From Vicugna vicugna (Eukaryota), in NCBI GenBank assembly GCA_013265495.1, contig MU058636.1, forward strand, positions 7,518,295 through 7,582,294: 64,000 nt of DNA, written 5' to 3'. Made by a program: the position numbers and the translations under genes. The notes beneath the pieces are model-generated. The model was given only the letters and a program-made list of their open reading frames with translations. It had not been told where the DNA came from and ran no database searches. Every line of letters starts with the position of its first letter. The first letter of the stretch is position 1. This document shows positions 26,601 through 38,347 of the stretch, piece after piece.

Positions 26601-27599
26601 AATTATTCTAAGGCCACAGCTGCCATGAAATGACTGTCAAAAACCACACTACACACCCTCATGTTCCAGGTATTATTTGCAGCATCAGAATAGGTGTTTT
26701 TCCCTTTGCTTGCCTGGCTCAGCGATTCCATTGGCTTAGTCATGTATCTGAACCAAGAGCCCTTGAAGAAGATGCACTGGGCTTCCATAGGTCCCCACTT
26801 TCTGCTAGGAAGCCGGCTAAGGCGCACAGCCACGTGTTCACAGACCATAGGTGACTAAGGGCCTTGGCACACATGCGTCCTGGAACCAAGAAAGGAGCCT
26901 TAGCCACAGAGCACACAGACACTTGGGTGGGGAAGACTCGGTCTGGCTCTTATTGGAGATTTTCCTATAAACACTGCCAAACCAAGAAATCAGCGTCTTC
27001 GATTGTTCTCTGTGGGAATTCTCACCATTTTGAGGAACCTCTGTGTTCATCCTTCTCTGGATGAGCACAGGAGTTCCTGTTTTAGAGATTCCACAGACAC
27101 ACACACCCCCCAAGAAATAATTGGGCATAAACGCTACCACATCTAAATAGATGCTGGATCTGGAGGCCCCAAGGCCCGTTTTGCCAGTGGGACTAGGATG
27201 TAGGTGGATGGACAGGCATGGAGTATAAGGCTCACACGTTCAGAGTGCACGCACCACCCTGGACACAGATGGCACAGGATGCGTGCATATCTTTTACAAT
27301 GTCCCTGTATATAACCTCCCTCAAAATCCTTTCTGACCCGCATTTCTGTGATAGTTCATACTTAAAACCCTGTCCTACTTTCCCATCGAAAAGAGATATA
27401 TTTAGAAACATTCATAAAACATATTCACGGAACACCCTGCAGTGTGGCCACTGAACGCGTGTGCACCATAATCTGGACACACAATCACAAGTGCGGAGAG
27501 AGGAAGCCGGTCTGAATGAAACCTTTCATCTAGTCCAACTCCTTACAAGCATCTCCTGGCCAAATCCAGCAGCGATTCCGAGCAAACCTGGTTTTCAAA

Positions 27600-28870
27600 A
27601 GCAGCCTCTTTTGTGGGGCATTGCGGGGTTGTGCGTGCGCTCCCACTAGGAGGAAAATGCCATTTCTTCTCCGCAGGCTTTTAGCACTGCAGGTACTAAT
27701 CTGTACATGAGGCAGCCTCGCTGTCCCCGAAGGAACTTGAGACCCTGCAAAGGTACTTGCAACACCCACACTGCGGCCACCCACCACGCACCGACCGCCT
27801 CATCCTCAAGCACGCACCACCCTCCCGCACACGGGAAAGCACACACAATAAGAGGCCTGGCCCGGCCACTCCTTCTGGGCGCAGACTTGGTCCTCGCTCC
27901 GCGGCCAGTTCTGACAATGACAAACACCTCGCCCAGCTCCTCTGCCCCGGCTCTCCGGCTCCACTAACAACGCGGCGAAAAGCTTGGGGACCCCGCTCAC
28001 CCGTTTTCAGCCCGGTGGCACCAGACAAAAGAGGCAGGTGCCAGCAGCCCCGGGGCCGCCCGCACACACCGCCCCCGGCCGGGGCCGGGCCGGCCAGGGC
28101 AGGGCAGCGCCTTTCGAGGAACGGCGGCCGGGGCGGGGCGGCGGCGGCCCGAGGGGGCGCCCGCCCGGCCCTCGGCGCCCTGCGCTCCCCGGTGCCCCGC
28201 GGCTGCGGGAGGAGCGGGCGCTGCGGAGCCCGCGGCCGGCCTTCCCCTCGGCTCCCTTCCCCGGCGAAGGCAAACCACGCACCGGTCCGCGGAGAGACGC
28301 CGCCGGGGGTCTTTGTGGCCGCGCTCGGGGCGCCTCCTGGTGCTGTCCTCGCCGGGCTGGGCGCGGCCGGGCTGCGGGGCGGCGGCGGCGGGGCCGGGGC
28401 TGGGCGGCGGCAGCGGCTGGAGCGCGGGCGACTCGGCGGCAGCCGCTAGTGCAGGGATGTGCCTCGGCCGGTCCTCATTGAAATGCGGCGCTTCGCACAG
28501 CCTCACTCCAGCCTCTCTCCCGAGGAGGGCGGCGGCGGCGGCGGGCGCGCTCCCTTTTCTTGTGGCTCACTCGCTCACACGCCCTCCCCGCTCCCGCCTT
28601 CCCCTGCTCCGCGTGCGCGCCCCGGCGCCCCCGCCCCTCCTGGCCTGGCCCGCCCACCACGGCTGCGCCCCGGCCCTCCTCCTCCCCGCGCCCTCCCCCG
28701 CCGCCACCTCAGTGCCTCCGGCTGGAGCGGACCCCCTCACCTCCCCGGTCTCCGGGAGTGGTTGTCTGGAGACTGCGGCTGGTCGGATGGCGGGCCTGGG
28801 GACCGGGGAAGAGAACGTGGACTGGGTCGGAACCAGGAAACGTGCACGGCAGAGAGGTGGGATGTGTGAC
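27600..28870. promoter_or_regulatory. CpG island / DCLK1 long-isoform promoter
   Basis: Very high GC and dense CpG against an AT-rich, CpG-poor background. Contains GGGCGG-type GC boxes and (GGC)n runs near 28377-28391 and 28528-28543, and overlaps exon 1. Confidence 0.92.
28283..28462 (-). other. DCLK1: DCLK1 non-coding exon 1 (5' UTR); TSS approximate
   Basis: The minus strand reads gcacatccctgcactag...gaggacagcaccaggagg...cacaaagacccccggcggcgtctctccgcggaccg|GTGCGT, resembling the DCLK1 long-isoform 5' UTR as I recall it. It lies in the CpG island 4.6 kb upstream of exon 2 and has a GT donor at 28282-28281. Confidence 0.8.
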
Positions 28871-31485
28871 CCAGTGGTGAGACCCCCTCTTTCAGGAAAG
28901 ACAAGGAAACAGTTCCTCCCCCCGACTATACACACATTTCGGTGACCTCATGGCTTGACACCTTTCCCGAAATTATGGGAGCCAATGTGATGGCTCTGTC
29001 ATGACTTCTTGCCCTGGACACATCTATGCAGCACCTCCTGGGAGGACCATCCTCAGACCCTCCCAACCTACCCACACTAGTGTCACCCTCAGGCCCCCTA
29101 ATTGGGAAGGACCGGATCTGCGCATAGATCCCACCCCTCATCTCCACTTGACCTCAAGACTTGAGTCCCCCTTGAAACAGTGACCTCTGCTTGGAACTGG
29201 ATATGTCACAACAGGCCCTTGATAACTTAAAGGCCAGGTTTCGCTAGTGGACACCTTGTGCCTGCCACGGCTGGCGGTCAACGCTGGACAGCCCCGTGAG
29301 CTCACATAAGCTTTCCCTTGTGGGGCAGGAATGCTCTCAGAGCCCAGGCGGCTCACAGCTTCCTTCAGGTTTTGCACAAAAGTCCAAGGAGGGGGATGAG
29401 GTCTCAGACTTCCATGAAACCTTCGCCTGATTCAGTGGGCAGTCTGCATTTTGGTCCAGTTAATCCCCTGTCAGTCATGTCCCTTGAGACACATATTTGT
29501 CCCAAAAACATGTACATACACAAATACACATGTATTTCTCTTCCTGAGCTTACACCTTTCAGTGGAAAATCAATTTTTTTCTCTTGTCAGCTGAGCTGTT
29601 ATGTATTTGACTACTTATCATTAATAAGAGCTATTCTGAAATACTTTTCAAAGTATTATGTAAATACTAAATAATTACCATTTGTTATAAAATGTAGCTC
29701 AAATGAGATGCATGTTACATATTCAACAAGTGCTGCGATACTGATTTGTGAACTACTGAGTAGCCCAGGGGTGGGAGTACAATGAACTCACCAGATTAAC
29801 TAAATGCAAAGTACTGAGCCTATTCCTTCAAATTCTAATCAAAATGAGGGCCAAGGGGTAAATGTAGAGAAAGTAAGGAGCCACGTGTATTTTGAGAAGG
29901 GAAATGAGAATTTCTGTTTATCTTTCCTGTGACAAATGCCAAGTGATTTCTGCCAAAGAAATAAATTTCATCTCCTAACCCCTATGGATATTCTATCAGG
30001 ATCATGTCTTAAACACTTTGAGTCACTCAACCATCTCTTACCTCTTTCCTCATTCTACCTGGGATATGCAGATAATGTCCAAAGAAACACCTTTGAGTTT
30101 GATTCTCGCAGTTGAAAGGTGCTCTCACTACAAATAACTGAGCATCATAAACCCTTCCAGGATGCCAAGGGGCAACTGACACTTATGTAGATGGGCACAC
30201 TAAGTAGTCCCCACCAGCCACTACACTCTGGTCATGTTATTTAGTCAGGACAGCAGACTGGTACTAAATGGGACCCCATGATTTGACAGAAGTCACTACA
30301 GAAGTGCCTACATTACTTCCAGGGCAGTCTGACATGCCTAACTCCTATTCAATAATAATTCCTAGTTGAAAGGAAACTTGCCCAGGAAACTCCTAATTAA
30401 AGTAATTTTCAAAAACTGATGTTACTTCCTGTGCCGATGAAAGTGACTGGAATTAATCCATCCTTTTCTCGAGGAAAATCTGAAGGTAACAGAGATCTCA
30501 CTCTGACGCGCCGAAGCTAATGCTGTTAAAGCCGAGTGCCCCAACTGCTGCTCCGGCCAGCCGCAGCTCTCATCCTGCAAGATGACAACGGCTGGGACAC
30601 TGTTCTGCCAGTGGCTCCTGTTAACTGAGTGCTTGCTTTTTCCTGTGCTTATTTCATCTTCACAAGAACCATTCCAGGTAGGCAGGACTATCCTCATCTT
30701 ACAGATGAAGGAATTGAGGCAGAAGGAGGCTCCCTCATTTGCCTGTGGTCATGTAGCTCATAAATCTCAAGCCCAGCTATTTTTCAAAAGTCCTGTGTTT
30801 TAAAATTCAAGTCAGTTTTCCAGTTGCTATGGCCATATGCTTATAAAGCAATACCAGATTCTACTGTGCAGTGTAATCTCTTTCAGAAAACGTAGTCTTT
30901 TAATCAATGAATTTATTATTTCGTAACAAGCAAAAAGAACAGCTCTTGCTGTTGTGAGCACTGCTTCCTGTAGGGATGGGTACCATCAGGTGTGTCTGCT
31001 CCGAGCTAAACTTTTTCATGTGGACGTTTGCACTTCATGCTGTCACAAAGCTGATGGACTGATGGACAATCTTATCTAAATGGGCTTTTTTCTTTTCTGA
31101 AATTAAGTTAAGTTTTCAGAAGAAACCAAGGAAGATAAAGAGAACTAAACAATAATCATTCTTAGTTGACCACGTACCTCTTTTCAGATACCTTTTATTG
31201 GCTTCTTCAGAGAAAATATGTTCCGTCATGCAGATTCAAAGAGAATTACACAATAAAAAATCCATTTGAATTCCAATTGAAATTTTATTACAATTAAACA
31301 GTAATTTGGGGAAGAGTTGAAATTTTTGCGATATTGTCTTCTGATCCAAGAAGGTGAAATGATTTCCATTTGTACATGAATTGTTTCCTTTCAAAATTAT
31401 ATATGTCTTCACATTTTTTTTTAAAAAAGAGCTCTGGGTAGAGTCTGAGGCCAAGCTAAGTGAGCAAGCCTCAGTCTAATTGGTA

Positions 31486-31600
31486 TTTTTTTAAAAATTG
31501 AAGTATCGTTGATTTGCACTGTTGTGTTAGTTCCTGGCGTGCAGCATGCTGATTTGGTTACACAAATATATTCTTTTTCATATTCTTTATTCTATCTGTT
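31486..31600 (-). mobile_element. Short cetartiodactyl-type L1 3' terminus
   Basis: ttttttt...attgaagtatcgttgatttgcactgttgtgttagttcctggcgtgcagcatgctgatt. Confidence 0.65.
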
Positions 31601-32178
31601 ATGTATCATGTCAAAAAAAGATGCTTAAAAAGTTAAAAAAGAGAGAGACAGAATTACAGAATAAGGGGTATCAGCAGTAAGAGATGCACTTCCCGTTTTT
31701 CGCCTCTAGTGGGGGCACTTGACTCTGCCCCATTCATCTCTCTTCAGTTCTCTGGAACCAAGGGCGTGCAGTGCTCTTGGGTTGGGGTACCAGGCATATT
31801 TAGTGCCCACCACAATCGTGGGAAACAGATTTGTAGAGTATGATCAGCTTTCTAATTTTCCTTTGTACATCTTCCCGTGGGGTAAAGGCTCTTTCTGGCA
31901 TTTCTCACACCATTTCTTAATTGCCCCCAGTGACTGAACACTTACTTCTGCCTTCGGCCGGAGGGCAAGAAACTCTGTGAGGAGGGGCCGTGCAGCTTGT
32001 CTAGTTTTCACCCCGGGCGTGAATCCCCTCCACAAGTGCTCTTTCAGCCTCCACTCTGTTGCTCCTGAGGGCGGCACACGTGACATCATGAAGAGAAATG
32101 AGATTCTCCTCTGAGAGTCAGGGTAGACCAGGGGATTCTAGACATAATGGATGAGATCTCTAAAACTAATTTTTTAAC

Positions 32179-32348
32179 CTTCTTTAAATTGAAGTATAGT
32201 CAGTTTACAATGTTGTGTCAATTCCTGGTGTTCAGCTTAATGTTTCAGTCATCCATATACACACATATATTCCTTTTCATATACTTTTTCATTATAGGTT
32301 ACTGTAAGATATTGAATATAGTTCCCTGTGCTATACAGTAGAAACTTG
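32179..32348 (-). mobile_element. Short cetartiodactyl/camelid-type L1 3' terminus with TSD
   Basis: ttgaagtatagtcagtttacaatgttgtgtcaattcctggtg...atattgaatatagttccctgtgctatacagtag. Flanked by taaaactaattttttaac (32161-32178) and taaacctaatttcttaac (32349-32366). Confidence 0.8.
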
Positions 32349-32499
32349 TAAACCTAATTTCTTAACTGGCCGTTTCTCTCTGGCTTGGTGCTTCAAACGT
32401 GATGTGGGTCCAAGCTACATAAGGTCCTGGAACAGCACAAAGGAGCAAGGTGCCCTCCCTAAGCCGACAGAGAGGCTGCTGGGTAGAGTGGGAAAATAT

Positions 32500-34275
32500 A
32501 CTCTAAGAATTTGGATACATAAGCTGGGCCTTATGTAGGATTGCAGCCTAAAGTCATACTCCCTGGGGAACTAAAAAAAACCTTCAAGCTCTCAATTCAG
32601 CTTTAAATGGTCCCCAGGCACTTAGGTGAAGCAAACTAAATCCTCACTAAAGAAAATCGTCTTTAACCTAGACCCCAAAAGATCACCACTGATAAACTTC
32701 CAAAGAATATAGACTTGTGGTTAAAAAATAAATCACAAAATGTATCAGTAAAGAAGGCATCATGAGTATGAACTAGAAAAAGCAGAAGAAAATAGAATTA
32801 GAAACAAAATGATTTCTGATAGTGGAGTTACCTAACATAGGCCATAAAAATATACATGCATGTGTTGAAGAAAGGATACAGGTAGCAAGCAAAGAGCAAG
32901 GTATTTTTAAAAAGACCAAGAATTTGGAAAAAAGTATCAAAAATAAGTTGTGAAAATTATAAAATTATAAGATAAAATAACTGAAATTAAAATCTGAACA
33001 ACAGCTTGATCAGATTTATACAGCTACAGAAAGATTTTGCAAACAGGAAATTGGATCCAAAGAATTAATCCATAATGCAACACAGAGAAATGAAGAGATG
33101 AAAGATAGTAAAAGTTGAGTCGTAAATAATAATTTAGTAAAAAGTTAAACAAATATATCTAAATAAAGTCCCAGAAAGAGAGGAGAAAGAGAATAGGAAA
33201 GGGAATACTTGAAGAAGACATAGCTTAGCATTTTAAAAAACTAATTAGAAATATACGCCCAGATTTCTGAAGCCAACAAGTATCAAAAACTATGAAAGTA
33301 AAATCCACACAAAAACTACTACCAAAATAGCAGAGCACCAAAAATGAAGAATAAGACTTTAAAAGAAGACCAACTACAATTGATCCTCATTGTTCCTGAA
33401 TTCTGTATTTGCAGCTTCGCCTACTTGCTAAAATTAATTTGTAACCCCAAATCAATATCTGCAGTACTTTGACGGTCATTCATAGTCGTGCAGGGTAGAA
33501 AATATTTGAGTTTGTGCACACATGTTCCCAGCTGATGTCAAGTAGAGCCTCTGTCTCATTTCAGCTCTCATAGTGTAAACACGTGTCCTTCTCACAGTCT
33601 ATTTAGCACCACGCTTCCCCCATTTTTGTGCTCTTTGTTGGTGATTTTGCTGTTGAAAATGCCCCCTAAGCATTGTGCTTAACTACTGTCTAGTGTTCCT
33701 GAGTGCTAGAAAGCTGGGACGTGCCTTCCAAGAAAGTCCATGTGTTAGGTTAAACTTCATTCAGCGTTGTTGGCTTGAGTTCAGTGTTAATGCTTGAACA
33801 ATATGTATTAACAGAAACACATATAAGTGTTATATATTGATCCTTGATGAAAACGTTTAAATTAAAAATTTCTAGTGATGAAGAGGTCTTACATAGTGAC
33901 AGAAGATTTAACTGATCAAGAACATATATTGGCTATGAGTTGGTATGAACAGAATAACATGATCTCATTAATATAAGGCAAGAACTGACAGAATTATAAC
34001 AAGAAAATGGGAAAAATCTCAACAAATTTCCAAGTATTGATATCATACAGTCAATATTCTCTCCTACAGTAAAGAAGGAGTAATTAAAGGAAAATTAATT
34101 TAAAAACTCTTACATCACAGAAAATTTAACATACTGTTAAGAATACATTGTTTCAAGAAGAAATTACAATGGATTTTAGAAAATACATTAGAAAATGAAC
34201 TAAACATCTAATTTCAGAAGTTAAAAAGAAAACAACAAAATAAAACCAATATAAGTTTTTTAAAAGGTAAATAAA
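32500..34275 (+). mobile_element. Highly degenerate old L1 (ORF1 and start of ORF2 relics), interrupted by a DNA transposon
   Basis: A-rich strand bias, ORF1-like motifs (aatgcaacacagagaaatgaagagatg; gtcccagaaagagaggagaaagagaat) and an endonuclease-like relic near 33875-34000. Confidence 0.55.
33377..33857 (+). mobile_element. MER82-like TcMar-Tigger non-autonomous DNA transposon, 3'-truncated
   Basis: TA, then caattgatcctcattgtt...gcctacttgctaaaattaatttgtaacccc...tttcagctctcatagtgtaaac...catttttgtgctctttgttggtgatttt...gtctagtgttcct. Confidence 0.75.
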
Positions 34276-34283
34276 AGAACTTC

Positions 34284-34640
34284 TGGTAGGAAAAATTCTA
34301 AATGCCTCTCAAGATTTCTGCCTCTTTGTGTACACACCCAATATAATCCCCACCACTTAAGCGTGGGTTGGCTTTGCATAATCAGGTCAGCCCCTTTTAA
34401 AAGAGGATCTGGAGGTCAGAGACAGAAGTTAGAGAGATTCAAAGCTTCAGTGGGTCTCTCCTGTTGGCCCGGAACAAAGCAAATAGCCATGTTGTGAACC
34501 ATCTATGGGTCCACATGGCAAAGAACCATGTTTGATTGCTCAAAGCTGAAAGTGGTCCCCAGTCACCTGCTAGCAAGAAAATACGGATTTCATGTAACCA
34601 CAAGGAAATAAGTTCTGCCAAAACCAGTGAACTTGTGACT
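34284..34640 (+). mobile_element. MaLR LTR fragment (MLT1E/F-like)
   Basis: tggtagg..aattctaa...aagatttctgcc...aatcaggtcagccc...gccatgttgtgaac...gctagcaagaaaa...caaggaaataagttctgcca. Confidence 0.65.
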
Positions 34641-35126
34641 GACTGTCAACTAAATACAATAAGAGATGAGAACTAGAAGCTTTCTAGTGGGCACGGATGT
34701 CCAATTCAGATGCCCAATAAATGGTGGATGAAGACAACTGAAACGATGCAGTCAGCCAGAACTTAGGTTTAAAGCTATTGGGAAAGTGATCCCAGGAAGC
34801 AGGAGTGAAGGACTGACAAAAGAACATCTCCTATTTCCACCTCACTTCCCAATTATAGAACATACAACGTAGGAAAGTAAATGCCATGTTTCCCCTCGAT
34901 GTTTTTTATAGTCAATATAATTGTACAAATATTATTAGGAAGGCATAATTCACCCAAAGACTGAACTGTATTGGCTCCAAATCAATTTACTTATACATTA
35001 AATTCTATGTTTGCAACAAGTATCAAGACCCATCTCAGGAGTTCACCTTTATGTGTGAATTATGAGTTTAAGAGAAATTAAAATTAACAAAAGCATTAAA
35101 ATGTAATGATAAAAGTAACAGTTATT

Positions 35127-35205
35127 GGCGGGAGGGTATAGTTCAGTGGTAGAGCACGTGCTTAGCATGTGCTAAGGTCCTGGGTTCAATCCCCACTACC
35201 TCCAT

Positions 35206-35242
<37 letters not shown>

Positions 35243-35300
35243 ACCTAAGTACCTCCCCCCCTCAAAATAAAATAAAATAGTTGGACAAAAAAAAATTTAA
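35127..35300 (+). mobile_element. tRNA-Ala-derived SINE (camelid Vic-1-like) with (TAAA)n and TSD
   Basis: gggagggtatagttcagtggtagagcacgtgcttagcatgtgctaaggtcctgggttcaatccccactacctcca (A box, B box), then (TAAA)8 and an A-rich tail. TSD aagtaacagttatt (35113-35126) / aagtaacatttatt (35302-35315). Confidence 0.85.
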
Positions 35301-36144
35301 GAAGTAACATTTATTAGAAAAAATTGAATCTATTGTATCATAGTCTCAGATCTGAACATTGTATTAATATATTTTCTTTACTACACAATGAAAAAGAGAA
35401 TTAAAATTTACCGAGGAGCTACTATATGGTAGCCACTTAGTATGTGTTCTCTCATTTAATTCTCACAACAACTTTTTAACATAAGCTTTTTAGCTCCATT
35501 TTTACTTATTAAGAAAATTAGGCTCACTATGAAGTAAAGTAACTTTCCAAAGTTCTCATAATTGTAAAGTGGCAGAATAAGGATTTGGGAGCAAATCAGT
35601 CCCAAAAGTCAGAGCTCCTTCTACTATACTATTAAGCCTAGAAAATACTTAGAAAGCAAATGCATTTCAGGGAAGATGAATAAAAAGCTAGTAGTTAGGA
35701 AAAAACAAAAAAATGTTCCCAAGGGTAGACTACCATAATGAAACTCACAGCTAGAATAGAACAAATATGTCAACACGTCAAGAGAATTTTCCCACAAAGG
35801 TTTATTGTATTTGTAAAGGAATTACCAAAACCCAGAAAGCAGGTTGTTCTTTATTTCCTTTTTTCTTAATGTTGGCTGTTGTTGAAATTATATGATTTCA
35901 TCACATTAGTAAAGACTCAGAATGCTGAATTTGGAACTTGTGCACAGCCTTTATATAACTCTAGAACAAGCTATATAAACTGCAACACTCAGCTTCCTGT
36001 TGTCATTTCTTCTCATTACTGCAGTAGAGTAGCAAATAGCCCTGTAAGTCTCCAAGAAGTCAATGTTATTCCTAAAAACCATATAGGCAAAAGGAATTCA
36101 TTTTCATGACTCTACACAAAACACCACTGATCTTTCTAACTAGT

Positions 36145-37380
36145 TTCAAAAAATAAAACCTAAGGGAAGAAATAATAAAGATTAGAGATGACTCAAAAAA
36201 ATAGAAAACATAAAAACAATAGAGAAAATCAATGAAACCAAAAGCTAGATCTTTGAGAGGATCAATAAAATGATAAATCTCTAGAGAAACGCATGAGAAA
36301 AAAGAGAGAAGATACAAATTACCATATCAGGAATGTGAAAGGTGACATCAATACAGATTTTACAGGTACTATAATAATAAGGGGCTGTTATTAACAACTT
36401 TATGTCCATAAATCCCACAACTCAGAAGAAAAAGACAAATTCTTTAAAAAACACAAACTACCAAAGCTTTGTCAAAAAGAAATAGATAACTTAAATAGCC
36501 ATTTACCTATTAAATAAATGGAGTTTGTACTTAAAAAACCTTCCCACAAAGGAACTGCAGTCCGAGATGGCTTCACTGGTGGATTATACCAAATAATTAA
36601 AGAAGAAATAGTACCAGTTGCATACAAACTCTCCCAGAAAACTAAAGAGGAAAAAATATTTCCAAACTCAATCTAGAGACCAGCATTGCTCGATAGCAAT
36701 TTCTGACAGACTCACAAACAAGAAACCTTGACATCCATATTCCTCATGAATATACATGCAAATTTCTAAACAAAATTTTAGGAAGTCCAACAATATATAA
36801 ATAGAATCAATCTCATGACCAAGTGGGACTTAACCAAGAATGTAAACTTGACTTTAACATTTACAAATCCAACAATATAATTCACCTTTTTAGGAAAAAG
36901 GTTGTAACCATGGAACATTTAAATTGATCCAGGAAAAACATTTGACAAAATCCAACACCCACCGACCCAAGCTGAGTATGTTTCTCGCCGCACTAGGAAT
37001 AGATGAGAACCTCCTCAGTAGGAAAAAGGGCAGCTACTAAAACCTACAGTTAAGTCACACTTAATGGTGAAAGATTGAATGCTTCCCCCCTAAGATCAGG
37101 AGCAAAATAATGATGTCCATGCTCACAACTTTAACATTGTTCTAGAGGTCTAGTTCACTGCCACAAGGCAATAAAAAGGAATGAGTCATCCAGACTGCAA
37201 AGGAAGAAGTAAAATGGTCTCTATTCACCCACAACATGATGTAGAGAATTTGATGAAATCTACACAGAAGCTATTAATAAAAGAGTTTAGAAGATCAATG
37301 CACAAAAGCCAACTGCATTTCTATATACCAGCAAAAAATGATCACACGCTAAAATTAAATAAACACTTACATTTAATTAT
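36145..37380 (+). mobile_element. L1 ORF2 relic (reverse-transcriptase region, frameshifted)
   Basis: aatagagaaaatcaatgaaaccaaaagct; gatggcttcactggtggattataccaaa (PDGFTGEFYQ-like); aaaaacatttgacaaaatccaacaccc (EKAFDKIQHP-like); ttccccctaagatcaggagcaa. Confidence 0.85.
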
Positions 37381-37409
37381 GAGTGAAAACTATTCTAAGT
37401 AACAAAGTA

Positions 37410-38312
37410 ACAAAAAAACTGTAACAAGGGACAAAGAAGGATGTTACATAATCATAAAAGGAAAAGATAGTCTTTTCAAATGGTGTTGGGAAAAGTGGAT
37501 ATCCACACACGAAAGGACGAAACTGGATGCCCATCGTACACAAGACACAAAAATCAACTCAAAATTTACAAGACTTGAACAAAAGACCTGAAACTGTAAA
37601 AGTCCAAGAAGAAAACTTAAGTGGTAAGCTCCTTGACCTCGGTCTTGGCAATGACTTTTTTGGATGTGACACCAAAAACAAAGACAACGCCAAAAATAAA
37701 CAGTGGGACTACATCAAACTGAAAGGCTTCTGCACAGCAAAGGACACCATCAACAAAATGAAAAGTCAATCTATGGAATATAAGAAAATATAAGCAAAAC
37801 CACCTATCTGACAAGGGGTTGATATCCAAAATAAACAACTCAAAAGAAAAAAGAATTAAAAACAGGCAAATGACATGAATAGATATTTTCTCCAAAGAAG
37901 TTACACACACAGCCAACAAATACATGAAAATGTGCTCAACATCACTAACCATCACAATGAGATACCACCTCACACCTGTTAGGATGTCTTTTATCAAAAA
38001 GACAAGAGATAACAGATGCTGGCAAGGACGTGAAGAAAAGGAAACCCTTGTGCACTGTTGGAGGGAGTATAAACTGGCACAGCCACTATGGACAACAGGA
38101 TGGAGGTGCCTCAAGAAATTAAAAATAGAGCTGTCATATGCTCCAGCAATCCCACTTCTGGGTATTGTATCCAAAGGGAATAAAGCTACTATCTTGAAGA
38201 CATACCTGTACTCTCATGTTCACTGCAGCATTATTTACAATAGCCAAGGTATGGAAACCACCTAAGTATCTGCTGGCAGATGAATGGATAAAGGAAATGT
38301 GAGATACACAAA

Positions 38313-38347
<35 letters not shown>

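Noticed and set aside
27757..28945. Long plus-strand ORFs (230, 165 and 210 aa) over the CpG island
   Set aside because: Low-complexity Gly/Arg/Pro/Ala translations, open in several frames on both strands. This is expected from stop-codon scarcity in very GC-rich DNA, and there is no recognisable domain.
31700..31718. CTCF-like CGCCTCTAGTGGGGGCAC
   Set aside because: On either strand it is out of register with the CCASYAGRKGGC core, so it cannot be supported without a PWM scan.
35130..35204. Apparent tRNA-Ala(AGC) gene
   Set aside because: The anticodon stem no longer pairs (cgtgc versus gtgct), and it is followed by a SINE body, A-rich tail and TSD. It is a SINE head, not a tRNA.
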